From positions 18,446-82,445 of the IMG/VR virus record IMGVR_UViG_3300048838_001252: a stretch of 64,000 nt of DNA. One strand, written 5' to 3'. Source of the DNA: a virus. Under the pieces are notes generated by a model. It worked only from the letters and a program-made list of their open reading frames with translations, had not been told where the DNA came from and did no database searches. The position numbers and the translations under genes were made by a program. Shown piece by piece: positions 11,194 to 20,705 of this stretch; the first letter of the stretch is position 1, and the number at the start of each line of letters is the position of its first letter.

Positions 11194-11529
11194 ATGCTTG
11201 TAGAACGCAAAGAAGTTAAAAATGAAGATGATAGTATTGGATACATAGAATCAATTTTTAAATCAGATAACATACTAAAAACCACATATTTTCCTGCAAT
11301 GCAGAGACTTTATATTGCTTTTAGCAGGGGTCATACGTATTCATATGGAAACATATCACCGGATTTTTATGAAGAATTTGAGGAAGCCGAATCTCATGGA
11401 AAATTCTTTCACCAGTACATAAATAACAAGACAAAATATCCTTATCGTAAGGAATTTACACTATATCCTACGGAAATAAACGAAGTTAGACAAATAATCG
11501 AAGAAAATAAAGCCGAAGATAATGAATAG
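11194..11529 (+). CDS. KTSC-domain protein
   Basis: S.NI....Y....L.I.F..G..YSY..I....Y..F..AESHGKFF. Confidence 0.75.
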   Translation: MLVERKEVKNEDDSIGYIESIFKSDNILKTTYFPAMQRLYIAFSRGHTYSYGNISPDFYEEFEEAESHGKFFHQYINNKTKYPYRKEFTLYPTEINEVRQIIEENKAEDNE

Positions 11530-11836
11530 TATGGAAGACTATCAAAACATAATTGAAATGCTTAAACAAGCATTATCTTTTTATGCAAATCCTGATAATT
11601 ATAGACAGAAACACCCAATAAATCACGAATTGTTTTCATATATTGAAATGGATAGTGGTTCTCAGGCAAATTTCGCACTAAATAAACTCAGAGATTTAGA
11701 AAATTTAAATAAAAACATGGAAGAAGTGTTTGTAAAAAACATGACCAATGCGATTGAAACCGGAGAAAGCGTTGAAAATATTCAAAAAATGATTGAAGAG
11801 TTTAAAAATTTAAGTGAGAATGATAACAACGTTTAA
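11522..11836 (+). CDS. Hypothetical protein
   Basis: Coupled ORF in early operon. Confidence 0.55.
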   Translation: MNSMEDYQNIIEMLKQALSFYANPDNYRQKHPINHELFSYIEMDSGSQANFALNKLRDLENLNKNMEEVFVKNMTNAIETGESVENIQKMIEEFKNLSENDNNV

Positions 11837-12194
11837 CGAATATCAGAAAGAAGCAAATTTTCTTAAAATATCTTTAGATAAATTTATCGAAGAACATCCA
11901 GATACCCCAAAAGATGTAAAATTACTACTTGCGGTGGCTTATGATGGTTTGGGATTGGGTGAAGCGGGTGAAGTTCAGGGTAAAATAAAGAAAATTATAC
12001 GTGATAATGGCGGTAAAATTACACGTGAACACGTCATTGAAATAAAAAAAGAATTGGGTGATATACTTTGGTATGTAGCATCAATGTGCGATAATCTTGA
12101 AATTAGTTTGGAAGACGTTGCCACCGGAAATATTGAGAAATTAAAGGGTAGACGTGACAGAGGTACATTACATGGAAGTGGAGATAATCGATAA
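11814..12194 (+). CDS. MazG-like NTP pyrophosphohydrolase
   Basis: GEAGEV..KIKK, ELGDILWY, GSGDNR C-terminus. Confidence 0.85.
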   Translation: MRMITTFNEYQKEANFLKISLDKFIEEHPDTPKDVKLLLAVAYDGLGLGEAGEVQGKIKKIIRDNGGKITREHVIEIKKELGDILWYVASMCDNLEISLEDVATGNIEKLKGRRDRGTLHGSGDNR

Positions 12195-12196
12195 TC

Positions 12197-12589
12197 ATGA
12201 GATATAATTGGTCATTAAGAAGATTTTGGTGGTCTTGGTTAAAACAAGATTATAAAAAACTTTTTTATAAAATCCTGTATGGATGGAAAATGGGTGCATT
12301 TGATGGTACAATGTTGCCAGATACTGGAAAGGGGAAATATGTTTCGGTTTATCGAAAAGGCGATATTATCCAGATTAAACACGAAAGTGGATATGAAGAT
12401 TTACAATTTGATGAAATCAGAATCATCCCGTATCAACCCAATCATGGTGTAATGGTTGAAAGATGGAAAGACGGTAAAATGTATAATAGACATCATCTTG
12501 ATATTAAACAATTAAGTAAAAGCATAATATATGCTTCAAATGTTGAGGCATTAGCAAGTAAAAAGAAAAATAATGGAAATCAGATTTAA
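12197..12589 (+). CDS. Hypothetical protein
   Basis: Operon-coupled ORF. Confidence 0.5.
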   Translation: MRYNWSLRRFWWSWLKQDYKKLFYKILYGWKMGAFDGTMLPDTGKGKYVSVYRKGDIIQIKHESGYEDLQFDEIRIIPYQPNHGVMVERWKDGKMYNRHHLDIKQLSKSIIYASNVEALASKKKNNGNQI

Positions 12590-13049
12590 AAAATTAATAC
12601 CGGAAGCAAAAACACCATACAAAGCCATTGATATTGACGCTGGTTTTGATTTATTTGCGACAACAATTGATGAAAATGAGAATTTCATTCAATACGGAAC
12701 TGGAATTGCCGTTGAAATACCTGAAGGGTATGTTGGATTAGTGTTTCCCAGAAGTTCAGTCACCAAATATGATTTGATGCTTAAAAACGGTGTTGGTGTA
12801 ATTGATGCATCATATCGGGGAGAAATAATGTGTAGATTCACACCAATTATCAATAATAATATCAAGGACATTGTGATTGACGAACGTGGTTTTGATTTCA
12901 TGTTTGATGAAAATAAACGCTACAATATTGGTGACCGTGTGGCACAAATAGTATTCATGGAAATTCCAAAAATAACATTAGTTGAAGCACAAGAACTATC
13001 AGATACTGAACGTGGTGATGGTGGCTTCGGGTCAACTGGTAGTAAATAA
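12573..13049 (+). CDS. dut: dUTPase (trimeric)
   Basis: AGFDL, PRSS, GVIDASYRGE, RGDGGFGSTG. Confidence 0.95.
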   Translation: MEIRFKKLIPEAKTPYKAIDIDAGFDLFATTIDENENFIQYGTGIAVEIPEGYVGLVFPRSSVTKYDLMLKNGVGVIDASYRGEIMCRFTPIINNNIKDIVIDERGFDFMFDENKRYNIGDRVAQIVFMEIPKITLVEAQELSDTERGDGGFGSTGSK

Positions 13050-13071
13050 ATAATAATAATATTAATAAATC

Positions 13072-13281
13072 TTGATTATGAAGGGTACAACTGGAATCAG
13101 AATTAGAAGAGAAAGTGCAAGAAAAGCACTTGAAGCACAATTGGTGCGTGGCACAAAGCCAGAAAAAATAAATGGTAAGACTACCAGTAACATGGTCGCA
13201 CTTACAGATGGTGATAAAAAACGTATTGAACGTGAAATCGAGACATTGAGTAAGTCAAAGAATAAAACTGTATTGACGTAA
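13072..13281 (+). CDS. Small basic hypothetical protein
   Basis: Fills gap; stop overlaps thyA start. Confidence 0.5.
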   Translation: MIMKGTTGIRIRRESARKALEAQLVRGTKPEKINGKTTSNMVALTDGDKKRIEREIETLSKSKNKTVLT

Positions 13282-14339
13282 TGAAACAATATCTGGACTT
13301 ATTACAAAACATCGTTGATAACGGTGTGGAAAAGGAAAGTGGTAGAGCAAATATGCCAAATACCATAGGTATATCACACGGTGTGATTAAAATGGATTTA
13401 CAAGAAGGATTTCCACTGCTAACCACAAAGAAAATGTACTGGAAAGGCATTGTACATGAACTTCTTTGGTTTCTCAGAGGTGATACAAACATTAAATATC
13501 TTGTTGATAACAACGTGAACATCTGGAATGGTGATGCTTATCGCTGGTATTTGAAATGGTGGGAAGAAGAAGGTAAAGATGTTATCGGCAATAGAAAATG
13601 CGATTCAATTGAAGAATTTATCACAGAAGTTAAACAAAATCGTGCCCTTTACCCATTTCCGTGGAAAGGACATGGAGAATATATGATAGGTGATTTAGGT
13701 AAAGTCTATGGTTATCAATGGCGTAATCAGAATGGTGTTGACCAAATAAAAGAGGTTATCGAAGGTTTGAAGTCAAATCCTTATAGCAGGTATCATATAA
13801 TTGATGCGTGGCAGAAATCAGATTTTAAGGAAATGGCACTTCCACCATGTCACCTTCTTTATCAGTTTATTGTAAGACCTTTGAGTCAAAAAGAAAGAGT
13901 TGAATGGTATTTCAATGAATTTAAGCCATTATTACCTCTTATTAAAAAAGATGTTGATATGGTATTAAATAATACTAATGTTCCGAAATTCTATCTCGAC
14001 TTGAACATGTATCAAAGGTCGGTAGATACACCGCTTGGTTGTCCATATAATTTAGCGTCAATGTCATTACTATTAATGATATTTGCGAAAGCAAGTAATA
14101 TGATTGCGGGTGTTGCTACTTGGATTGGTGGTGATACACATATTTATGTTAATCAACTCGATGGAGTTAATGAACAATTAAAAAGAGAACCATATAAGTT
14201 ACCTCAAATGGTAATAAATAAGGAGTTAAATTCACTTGAAGATATTTTATTATTAACTATTGATGATTTTGAGTTAGTTGATTATGTCTCGCACCCAACA
14301 ATTAAATTCGAATTATCTGTGGGTTTAAAAAAGGTGTAG
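13281..14339 (+). CDS. thyA: Thymidylate synthase
   Basis: FPLLTTKK, ELLWFL.G, ALPPCH, YQRSVD, GDTHIY. Confidence 0.95.
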   Translation: MKQYLDLLQNIVDNGVEKESGRANMPNTIGISHGVIKMDLQEGFPLLTTKKMYWKGIVHELLWFLRGDTNIKYLVDNNVNIWNGDAYRWYLKWWEEEGKDVIGNRKCDSIEEFITEVKQNRALYPFPWKGHGEYMIGDLGKVYGYQWRNQNGVDQIKEVIEGLKSNPYSRYHIIDAWQKSDFKEMALPPCHLLYQFIVRPLSQKERVEWYFNEFKPLLPLIKKDVDMVLNNTNVPKFYLDLNMYQRSVDTPLGCPYNLASMSLLLMIFAKASNMIAGVATWIGGDTHIYVNQLDGVNEQLKREPYKLPQMVINKELNSLEDILLLTIDDFELVDYVSHPTIKFELSVGLKKV

Positions 14340-14390
14340 GACTACCATTCAATTTTTCATTATTGGAGTATTTATGATGAAAGAAATGTT

Positions 14391-15122
14391 ATGACTGGAA
14401 TATATAAAATCAGAAATAAAATAAACAATAAATGTTATTATGGTTCAGCAAAAAACATTAAAAGACGATGGGCGAGACATAAATCTCAACTAAAACATAA
14501 CAGACATGAGAATATTGTCTTGCAGAGGGCATGGAATAAATATGGTGAAGAAAATTTTGAATTTGTAGTAGTTGAGATATGTGATGAAAATAATTTATTA
14601 ATTTCTGAACAAAATTATTTAGATTTAAAACCAGAATATAATATTGGTAGACAAGCATCTGGTGGTGATAATTTAACTAATCACCCAAATCGAAATGACA
14701 TTATTTGTGAAAGAAAAGTTAGTAATAGAAGAAGAATTGATGAAATGTCTGATAATGATAGAAAGAGAATATGGTCAAGACCTAAAGAAAATAATGGAAA
14801 ATGGAGTGGAGGTGTTTCAATCAAATATTGTGTCTGTGGTAAACAAATTGCGTCCGAACATAAATATTGTATTGAATGTCTACCAAGAAATGGTGAAAAT
14901 AATCCATTTTATAATAAACATCATACCGAAAAAACTAAAAGAGAACTATCTGAACTACGAAAAGGAAAGTATAATGGTACACAAAATATTAAATTTATGA
15001 TTGATGATGTCGAATACTTTTCTCTCGGTGATGCTCATATTAAATTAGGTACACCTATAGCAACAATATTATGGAGATTAAAATCAAAAAATAAGAAATT
15101 TGAAAATTATAAATATTTGTAA
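14391..15122 (+). CDS. Free-standing GIY-YIG homing endonuclease with NUMOD3
   Basis: GIYKI..N.KCYYGSA...RW..H; NPFYNKHHTEKTK. Confidence 0.85.
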   Translation: MTGIYKIRNKINNKCYYGSAKNIKRRWARHKSQLKHNRHENIVLQRAWNKYGEENFEFVVVEICDENNLLISEQNYLDLKPEYNIGRQASGGDNLTNHPNRNDIICERKVSNRRRIDEMSDNDRKRIWSRPKENNGKWSGGVSIKYCVCGKQIASEHKYCIECLPRNGENNPFYNKHHTEKTKRELSELRKGKYNGTQNIKFMIDDVEYFSLGDAHIKLGTPIATILWRLKSKNKKFENYKYL

Positions 15123-15124
15123 TA

Positions 15125-15658
15125 ATGAACGATTTTAAAACAGGTGGCTATTGCCCCACGTGCTTACATGCAACTTCAGGATGTACTTGTATGAAAGATT
15201 ACTGGAATATTGTTGGAAATAATGAAATAAATAAGGTGTTCAAAATACATGTTGGTGATATTTCAGAAGATGAAAAAGAAAAAATCATAAAAAAATGGAA
15301 ATCATCGGGATTATTAGAAGGTCTTACTGATAATTTTGATGAAAATATCGCCAGAGTCTTTGATTTTAATAAACGACAAATTATAATGGATGAAAGATTA
15401 AAAGATGTTAACCTCTTAGATGAATTAAGAGAAACAATGGAAGACGTTGAAATTCAACTTTTCGAAGATGAGAAACGTTGGGGTGATACGTGGAAAGAAC
15501 GTGGTTTGGTTTATAATGGAATGAATCAGGAAACACGTTGGTTTTACAAAATGCAAGACTATTTCCAAGATTTTATGGATAATGGCACACCAATTCCTTG
15601 GGATAAGGTTATTGGTGAAGCACATATTGCCAAAGTAAGAGAAAAGAAACTTAAATAA
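15125..15658 (+). CDS. Hypothetical protein with capsid N-terminus-like segment
   Basis: KKWKSSGLLEGL..FDENIARVFD resembles MCP NRWEKIGLLEGL..VKENCAQLFE. Confidence 0.55.
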   Translation: MNDFKTGGYCPTCLHATSGCTCMKDYWNIVGNNEINKVFKIHVGDISEDEKEKIIKKWKSSGLLEGLTDNFDENIARVFDFNKRQIIMDERLKDVNLLDELRETMEDVEIQLFEDEKRWGDTWKERGLVYNGMNQETRWFYKMQDYFQDFMDNGTPIPWDKVIGEAHIAKVREKKLK

Positions 15659-15662
15659 TTGA

Positions 15663-15905
15663 ATGTTTATACTGTATATAGTGATATTAATATTAGTGGT
15701 AATAGTATTACTACTTGTAATATCACTATATTTTCTTGTCAGGAAAACCACCTATTTTTCTGACAAAGAAAAGGAATTCATTGTCTTCGTGATTGACATA
15801 TTTAAGGAATATGGTGATGACTTAGGTATTCAATCCAAAGAACAGCATAAAAAATTGGTTGAAGAACTTGAAAAAATAAAAAAGAAAATAAATGACAAAA
15901 CTTGA
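15663..15905 (+). CDS. Small membrane protein
   Basis: N-terminal hydrophobic helix. Confidence 0.55.
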   Translation: MFILYIVILILVVIVLLLVISLYFLVRKTTYFSDKEKEFIVFVIDIFKEYGDDLGIQSKEQHKKLVEELEKIKKKINDKT

Positions 15906-16167
15906 ACAAATTGTAGAATGGTATCCAGATGAAGAATTACTTTCTGCTGATGGATTTGAAGACTGTGTAATCGGTGTGACCCTTGATAAGTCTACTGCTG
16001 TGTATAAACTTGTGTACTCCACATCTAAATGTATTGAAGTCCTGATTACCAGAGACAAAATGAGTAAGGAAGAAGCAGAGGAATTCTTTGACTTTAATGT
16101 TGAGGGTGCATATATGGGTGAAAAAACACCAATATTTGTTGATGATTTTATGTTTTATTGTGAATAA
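15892..16167 (+). CDS. Conserved phage hypothetical protein
   Basis: ADGFEDC.IG...EA.EFFDFNV.GAYMGEKTPIFV. Confidence 0.65.
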   Translation: MTKLEQIVEWYPDEELLSADGFEDCVIGVTLDKSTAVYKLVYSTSKCIEVLITRDKMSKEEAEEFFDFNVEGAYMGEKTPIFVDDFMFYCE

Positions 16168-16178
16168 AAAAGGGAGTG

Positions 16179-16730
16179 TTAACTCCCTTTTGTTTCTGAT
16201 AAAAACGGAACAACATCTTCTTTCACCGGAACTCCAGTTATTCGTTTCCAATACGGTTTAAAACCACCAATTGTTTTTTTAGTTTCATCTGTAACATTAT
16301 TTGCGGATTCAACTTCATAATATCTACTTTTTTCACCACTCATGTTATATTCAATAATGTCACCCCTATCAATTTCGATTTGTTTTTCTTCTAATTCTTT
16401 AAGATAAACACCAAAACTAATATTTCCGGTATCATCCCTAACAATACCACCGGGATTACCACCATAAAAGTCTTGTTTCCCTTCTTCAATACTCACCATT
16501 ACCGAAATTCGAACTGGTGGCATGAACTTTTTATCTTTTGTCTTGGCTTGACCATATAAATTATGTGATTTGGTTTCAATTATATTGATTTTGTGTATTA
16601 TAACTTCCTGTGCATTATCTGTTTGTAAGAAGTTTCTGCCGTACATAACATCCAAATCGAAAGAATTGTCTGTCATAAACAAACCCATTCTTTGTTCTTC
16701 AAGGTCAATTATTTGTTTTTTCTTCTTCAT
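16179..16730 (-). CDS. Neck/head-completion protein (gp14-like)
   Basis: Directly after gp13-like gene; NLYG, GDII.Y, YYEV; probable start MKKKK. Confidence 0.55.
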   Translation of the reverse strand: MKKKKQIIDLEEQRMGLFMTDNSFDLDVMYGRNFLQTDNAQEVIIHKINIIETKSHNLYGQAKTKDKKFMPPVRISVMVSIEEGKQDFYGGNPGGIVRDDTGNISFGVYLKELEEKQIEIDRGDIIEYNMSGEKSRYYEVESANNVTDETKKTIGGFKPYWKRITGVPVKEDVVPFLSETKGS

Positions 16731-16731
16731 A

Positions 16732-17850
16732 TTAAATCGCAATTATTGGGAACATAGGTGGTTGATAGCCACGTTCTTTATTAACGTTTTCTGCAATTTC
16801 TGCACGAATCTTAGTCATGTTTTCCTGACTCAATTTATCTAATTGGTCAAGAATTAATTTTTCCATGTCCTCTTTTAATTTTGTGCCTTCATCCAATAGG
16901 TGACGATAGTCCATAGTTAATTGCTTGTCTGCAACACCGAGTTCACCACTATAAAAACCTCTAATTCCACCAATTACTATTTTTACTTTGGCTATAAGTA
17001 AATTTCTTATTTGCTGACGAGCAACATCATTCATGTTGTCCCATCTCAATACTTTTGTTGGGGAATCTGAAGGTAATTTAATAATATCACTATTTTCTTC
17101 CAAACACTTATCTCTACCAACATCATTTGTGTCGTAATACCAATACCAAACTTTTCTTCCGGCATAATGTTTACCCCACGAACTACTTATTTCATATCGG
17201 TCTCCGGGAACTGGATATAGATGTAATATTTTTTCACCACTTGCCAAACCCGTAATACGATATGTAAGCACAGATTGTAAAACTCTTTGTTTCATTCTTC
17301 TATCCTGTGCAGATAAAAGTGTTGAGAATGTTGGCTGCACATACATTGCTGGACGACCCATATACGACCAACCAACCATACCGGGAGTCCACGCATTTAA
17401 TGCAAAGGGGTCAACTAAGCCACTATCTATCTGTGGTGGTGTTTCCCATAATACTTCATTTACTTCTCTCCCTGCGGGGATTATATAGTGCTGTGTGTGT
17501 GCAGATGTAACAATATAGTCACGTTTTAATTCCCAACCAGTTGCTGCGGGTGCATTTGTACCCAAACCAACCTGTCTTGAATAAGCATATGTGAAACTTT
17601 CCATATATGCATTTGATTTAGTTGTAAATGCTGCGAGAAAATCACTATTTTCTTTACTTAAACCCTCTAAACTAATCCATTGCTGTTGTATTAACCATTG
17701 ATTAACAAGCGATGAATAGTCTTCCACCACCATCTCCAAATAAGAATCCATCATTTCATCTTTAATTTCAAATGGTCTCAACGGATGTCCTAATTCATGT
17801 TTAACATGAAGAAATAGTTTGTTTTTATCTGCTACTGTTATTAGTGCCAT
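16732..17850 (-). CDS. Neck protein (gp13-like)
   Basis: LG.P...EI.DE N-terminus; G.IRG.YSG; late motif at 17870. Confidence 0.7.
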   Translation of the reverse strand: MALITVADKNKLFLHVKHELGHPLRPFEIKDEMMDSYLEMVVEDYSSLVNQWLIQQQWISLEGLSKENSDFLAAFTTKSNAYMESFTYAYSRQVGLGTNAPAATGWELKRDYIVTSAHTQHYIIPAGREVNEVLWETPPQIDSGLVDPFALNAWTPGMVGWSYMGRPAMYVQPTFSTLLSAQDRRMKQRVLQSVLTYRITGLASGEKILHLYPVPGDRYEISSSWGKHYAGRKVWYWYYDTNDVGRDKCLEENSDIIKLPSDSPTKVLRWDNMNDVARQQIRNLLIAKVKIVIGGIRGFYSGELGVADKQLTMDYRHLLDEGTKLKEDMEKLILDQLDKLSQENMTKIRAEIAENVNKERGYQPPMFPIIAI

Positions 17851-17950
17851 GATATTGCTTTATTTTAATATAAATACTAAAAAGTTTTTTTAAATAATTG
17901 CTATGATTTAGAATTTTTTTGATATATTTGTGGTTATCAATATTTAAGAT

Positions 17951-18400
17951 ATGCATAAAATAGAGTATGATTTAGATTTAAATGATGAAGGTAGACCCTG
18001 TATTCAATTATCAGATAATTACGAAGATAAACCGGAAGACAAGTTTTTTGCAATTGAAATATCCAGATACATTATACATGATGTTTTGTCTCGAAGAAGC
18101 GCAGAATTTGACCAAGAAACAAGTGAAAAACTAAATGAATGTCTGAATATGCTTGGACAAATTGGTGATGAAATTGCAGCTTTATTGTGGGAAAACATGA
18201 AGATGTTAGGAGATGTAGACCTTATGATTAATAAAAATTATAATATCATGGTAACATCACTCGAAAACAGAGATAATCTGGGTAAATATGTTTCCTCAAA
18301 CGGAAAAATATATGAAAAAGTAGACGGATTCAAAGTACTTGTTACTGAAGAAATGAAAATATATGAATTTAAAGACGAAAACTGGAACGAAATAATATGA
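17951..18400 (+). CDS. Hypothetical protein
   Basis: ORF after TATATTTG promoter at 17923. Confidence 0.6.
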   Translation: MHKIEYDLDLNDEGRPCIQLSDNYEDKPEDKFFAIEISRYIIHDVLSRRSAEFDQETSEKLNECLNMLGQIGDEIAALLWENMKMLGDVDLMINKNYNIMVTSLENRDNLGKYVSSNGKIYEKVDGFKVLVTEEMKIYEFKDENWNEII

Positions 18401-19884
18401 ATTTTAAACCAACCCCAGAACAAGAAAGAATATTCTTATTCACAAAGAAAAGACCGGAAAATATTTTAATCAAGGCATATGCTGGTGCAGGAAAAACTTC
18501 AACAATCGTTGAAGCCGTAAAATTATTGCCTAAAGACAAATCAATTATGTTTTTGGCATTTAATAAACACATTCAGGAAGAATTAAAAACAAGACTCCCG
18601 GAACACGTTCGTTGTTATACCACTTATGGTCTTGGTACTGCAGCAATCAAAAGAAAATATGGCGATAAAATCAGGTTTGATGAATTCAAGGTTGATAAAA
18701 TCATACAAAAAAAAGCCAAATCTTGGGGATTAGATGATGAGTTTAAAAATGATGAAGCAATTACAAATTATCTTACAAGTATAAAGAAGTTAGTTGATTT
18801 GTGTCGTTTGACATTAACTTTAAAGCCGGAATACATTCCATATATCACCGAAAGATACGATATAAGTATCAACAAACCCAAGGACATAAAGAGAGTACTT
18901 AAAGTATTGGATGAGGTCACAACAGATAGAACCAGTTTTGATTATACTGATATGATTTATCTTCCTGCTGTTGATAATGGTATCTGGATGTTTCCACAGG
19001 ATTATGTTTTTGTTGATGAGGTTCAAGACCTAAACCGTTGTCAAATCAGAATAATTGAAAAGGTACTTAAAAAAGATAAATTATCTGGTAAACTAACTGG
19101 TCGATTAATATGTGTTGGCGATTTCTTTCAGGGAATCTATGGTTTCAATGCTGCCGATGAAAAATCGTTTGAATGGTTTGAGAAGTTTCAAAACACTAAA
19201 GTTCTTCCATTATCAGTATCGTTCAGATGCTCACAGGCAGTAATAAGAAAAGCACAGGAAATTGTGCCGGATATCAAAGCACTTCCAGATGCACCAGAGG
19301 GTTGTGTTAGGGATGGTGATGTTTTAAAGGAGGCACAAAGCGGTGATTTCATTCTATGTAGAACAACAATGCCATTGGTTAAACTATTTTTCGAATTTTT
19401 GGTGCAACATAAAAAGGCAATAATAAAAGGTAGCGATATTGGAATACACTTAATTGAATTAATTGGTAAAATTAACAACATACCAAAACTAAACCAGTTC
19501 TGGGAACAAGAGTTGTCGAATTTTAGAACCGAATTAAAGAAAAGTGGTGTTTTAAACCCAAACGAACATACAGCTTATGTTGCATTAGAAGATAAGGTGA
19601 CTACACTATTGTTTTTGGCTAAACTTGCTGATAGCATTGAGGACTTAAAAAATAAAATAAGAAGCATTTTCACTGATGAAATTCAGGGAATTGTATTAAG
19701 TACCGTTCATAAAATCAAAGGTTTGGAAGCAAACCGAGTATTTATTATCAGACCGGATTTATTGCCAATGAAGGCACAAAAATCTTGGCAACACATACAG
19801 GAGAAAAACCTTGAATATGTTGCATACACAAGGGCAAAACTGGAATTAATTTTTGATAGAACATGGACAGACGAAGAAGAATGA
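18397..19884 (+). CDS. UvrD/Rep-like SF1 helicase
   Basis: AGAGKT, VDEVQD, VGD..Q.IYGF, STVHKIKGLE, YVAYTRAK. Confidence 0.92.
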   Translation: MNFKPTPEQERIFLFTKKRPENILIKAYAGAGKTSTIVEAVKLLPKDKSIMFLAFNKHIQEELKTRLPEHVRCYTTYGLGTAAIKRKYGDKIRFDEFKVDKIIQKKAKSWGLDDEFKNDEAITNYLTSIKKLVDLCRLTLTLKPEYIPYITERYDISINKPKDIKRVLKVLDEVTTDRTSFDYTDMIYLPAVDNGIWMFPQDYVFVDEVQDLNRCQIRIIEKVLKKDKLSGKLTGRLICVGDFFQGIYGFNAADEKSFEWFEKFQNTKVLPLSVSFRCSQAVIRKAQEIVPDIKALPDAPEGCVRDGDVLKEAQSGDFILCRTTMPLVKLFFEFLVQHKKAIIKGSDIGIHLIELIGKINNIPKLNQFWEQELSNFRTELKKSGVLNPNEHTAYVALEDKVTTLLFLAKLADSIEDLKNKIRSIFTDEIQGIVLSTVHKIKGLEANRVFIIRPDLLPMKAQKSWQHIQEKNLEYVAYTRAKLELIFDRTWTDEEE

Positions 19885-20025
19885 ATTCAAACCCATACGA
19901 TTTGGGACAATTGGGAATGGGATTTAATCAACCATGTCCTAAATGTGGACTTGAAATTGATAGAAGGGCAAGTCCTTATGAACCCATAGGTTTTAAAAAA
20001 TATTGTAAATGTAAACGCTGATATT

Positions 20026-20304
20026 ATGGAATGGATAGTTAAAATAGAAGAACAACCAAATCAAAGAATTATGGTTAGGTTCAATCCCAAAAATGAAGAA
20101 ATTTATTTTTATGGACAATATAAACCTAAAAATAAAGAATGGGTGGATTTTAGCGAAGAAACAAGTTCAATGGAAATTGATTTGGAGACAATTCAAACTC
20201 TTTTATTAAAAACCTATGAGAAATTGAAGGAAAGACTTAAAGCATATGAAAATCTTTCAGAGGGTTTTGATGTAATTAAAGTAATTGAAATCAGTGAAGA
20301 TTAA
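20026..20304 (+). CDS. Hypothetical protein
   Basis: ORF track. Confidence 0.55.
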   Translation: MEWIVKIEEQPNQRIMVRFNPKNEEIYFYGQYKPKNKEWVDFSEETSSMEIDLETIQTLLLKTYEKLKERLKAYENLSEGFDVIKVIEISED

Positions 20305-20633
20305 TCACCTTTTACCGAAGCAAGATTAGAGTTGTCTTTAACTATTGGTTGTTTTTCTGAAGAACCTATATTAATTTTTAATTCAGTAATTTCCTTTGTG
20401 AAAGTTTTATTTAGTTCTTTCTGTTCTTGATACATTTTTTCATAGTTTTTTTCCATGTTTTCCATTCTCGGCATAATAACAAGCATATAAAAACCAAAAA
20501 AGATTCCAATCATACTGCCGATTAATGCAAAAAAACTTTTAATTGTAAATATAATTTGTGTGTTGCCACCAATTGATGTTGCTGTGACGTTTCTCGCAGT
20601 TACTGTGCTTGTTGCCTTAACCATATAAACCAA
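20301..20633 (-). CDS. Membrane protein with coiled coil (late)
   Basis: One TM helix; late motif at 20642. Confidence 0.5.
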   Translation of the reverse strand: MVYMVKATSTVTARNVTATSIGGNTQIIFTIKSFFALIGSMIGIFFGFYMLVIMPRMENMEKNYEKMYQEQKELNKTFTKEITELKINIGSSEKQPIVKDNSNLASVKGD

Positions 20634-20656
20634 ATTTTAGAATAAATACTATATAA

Positions 20657-20689
20657 TAAAAAAAGGTGGTCAAATTGACCACCTTTTTT
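20657..20689 (-). terminator. Terminator after major capsid gene
   Basis: AAAAAAGGTGGTCAA-a-TTGACCACCTTTTTT. Confidence 0.8.
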
Positions 20690-20705
20690 ATTCTATATCC
20701 AGTGA

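Noticed and set aside
13281-14339. Group I intron or intein in thyA, terL, MCP or helicase
   Set aside because: Frames are continuous with no splice-junction motifs
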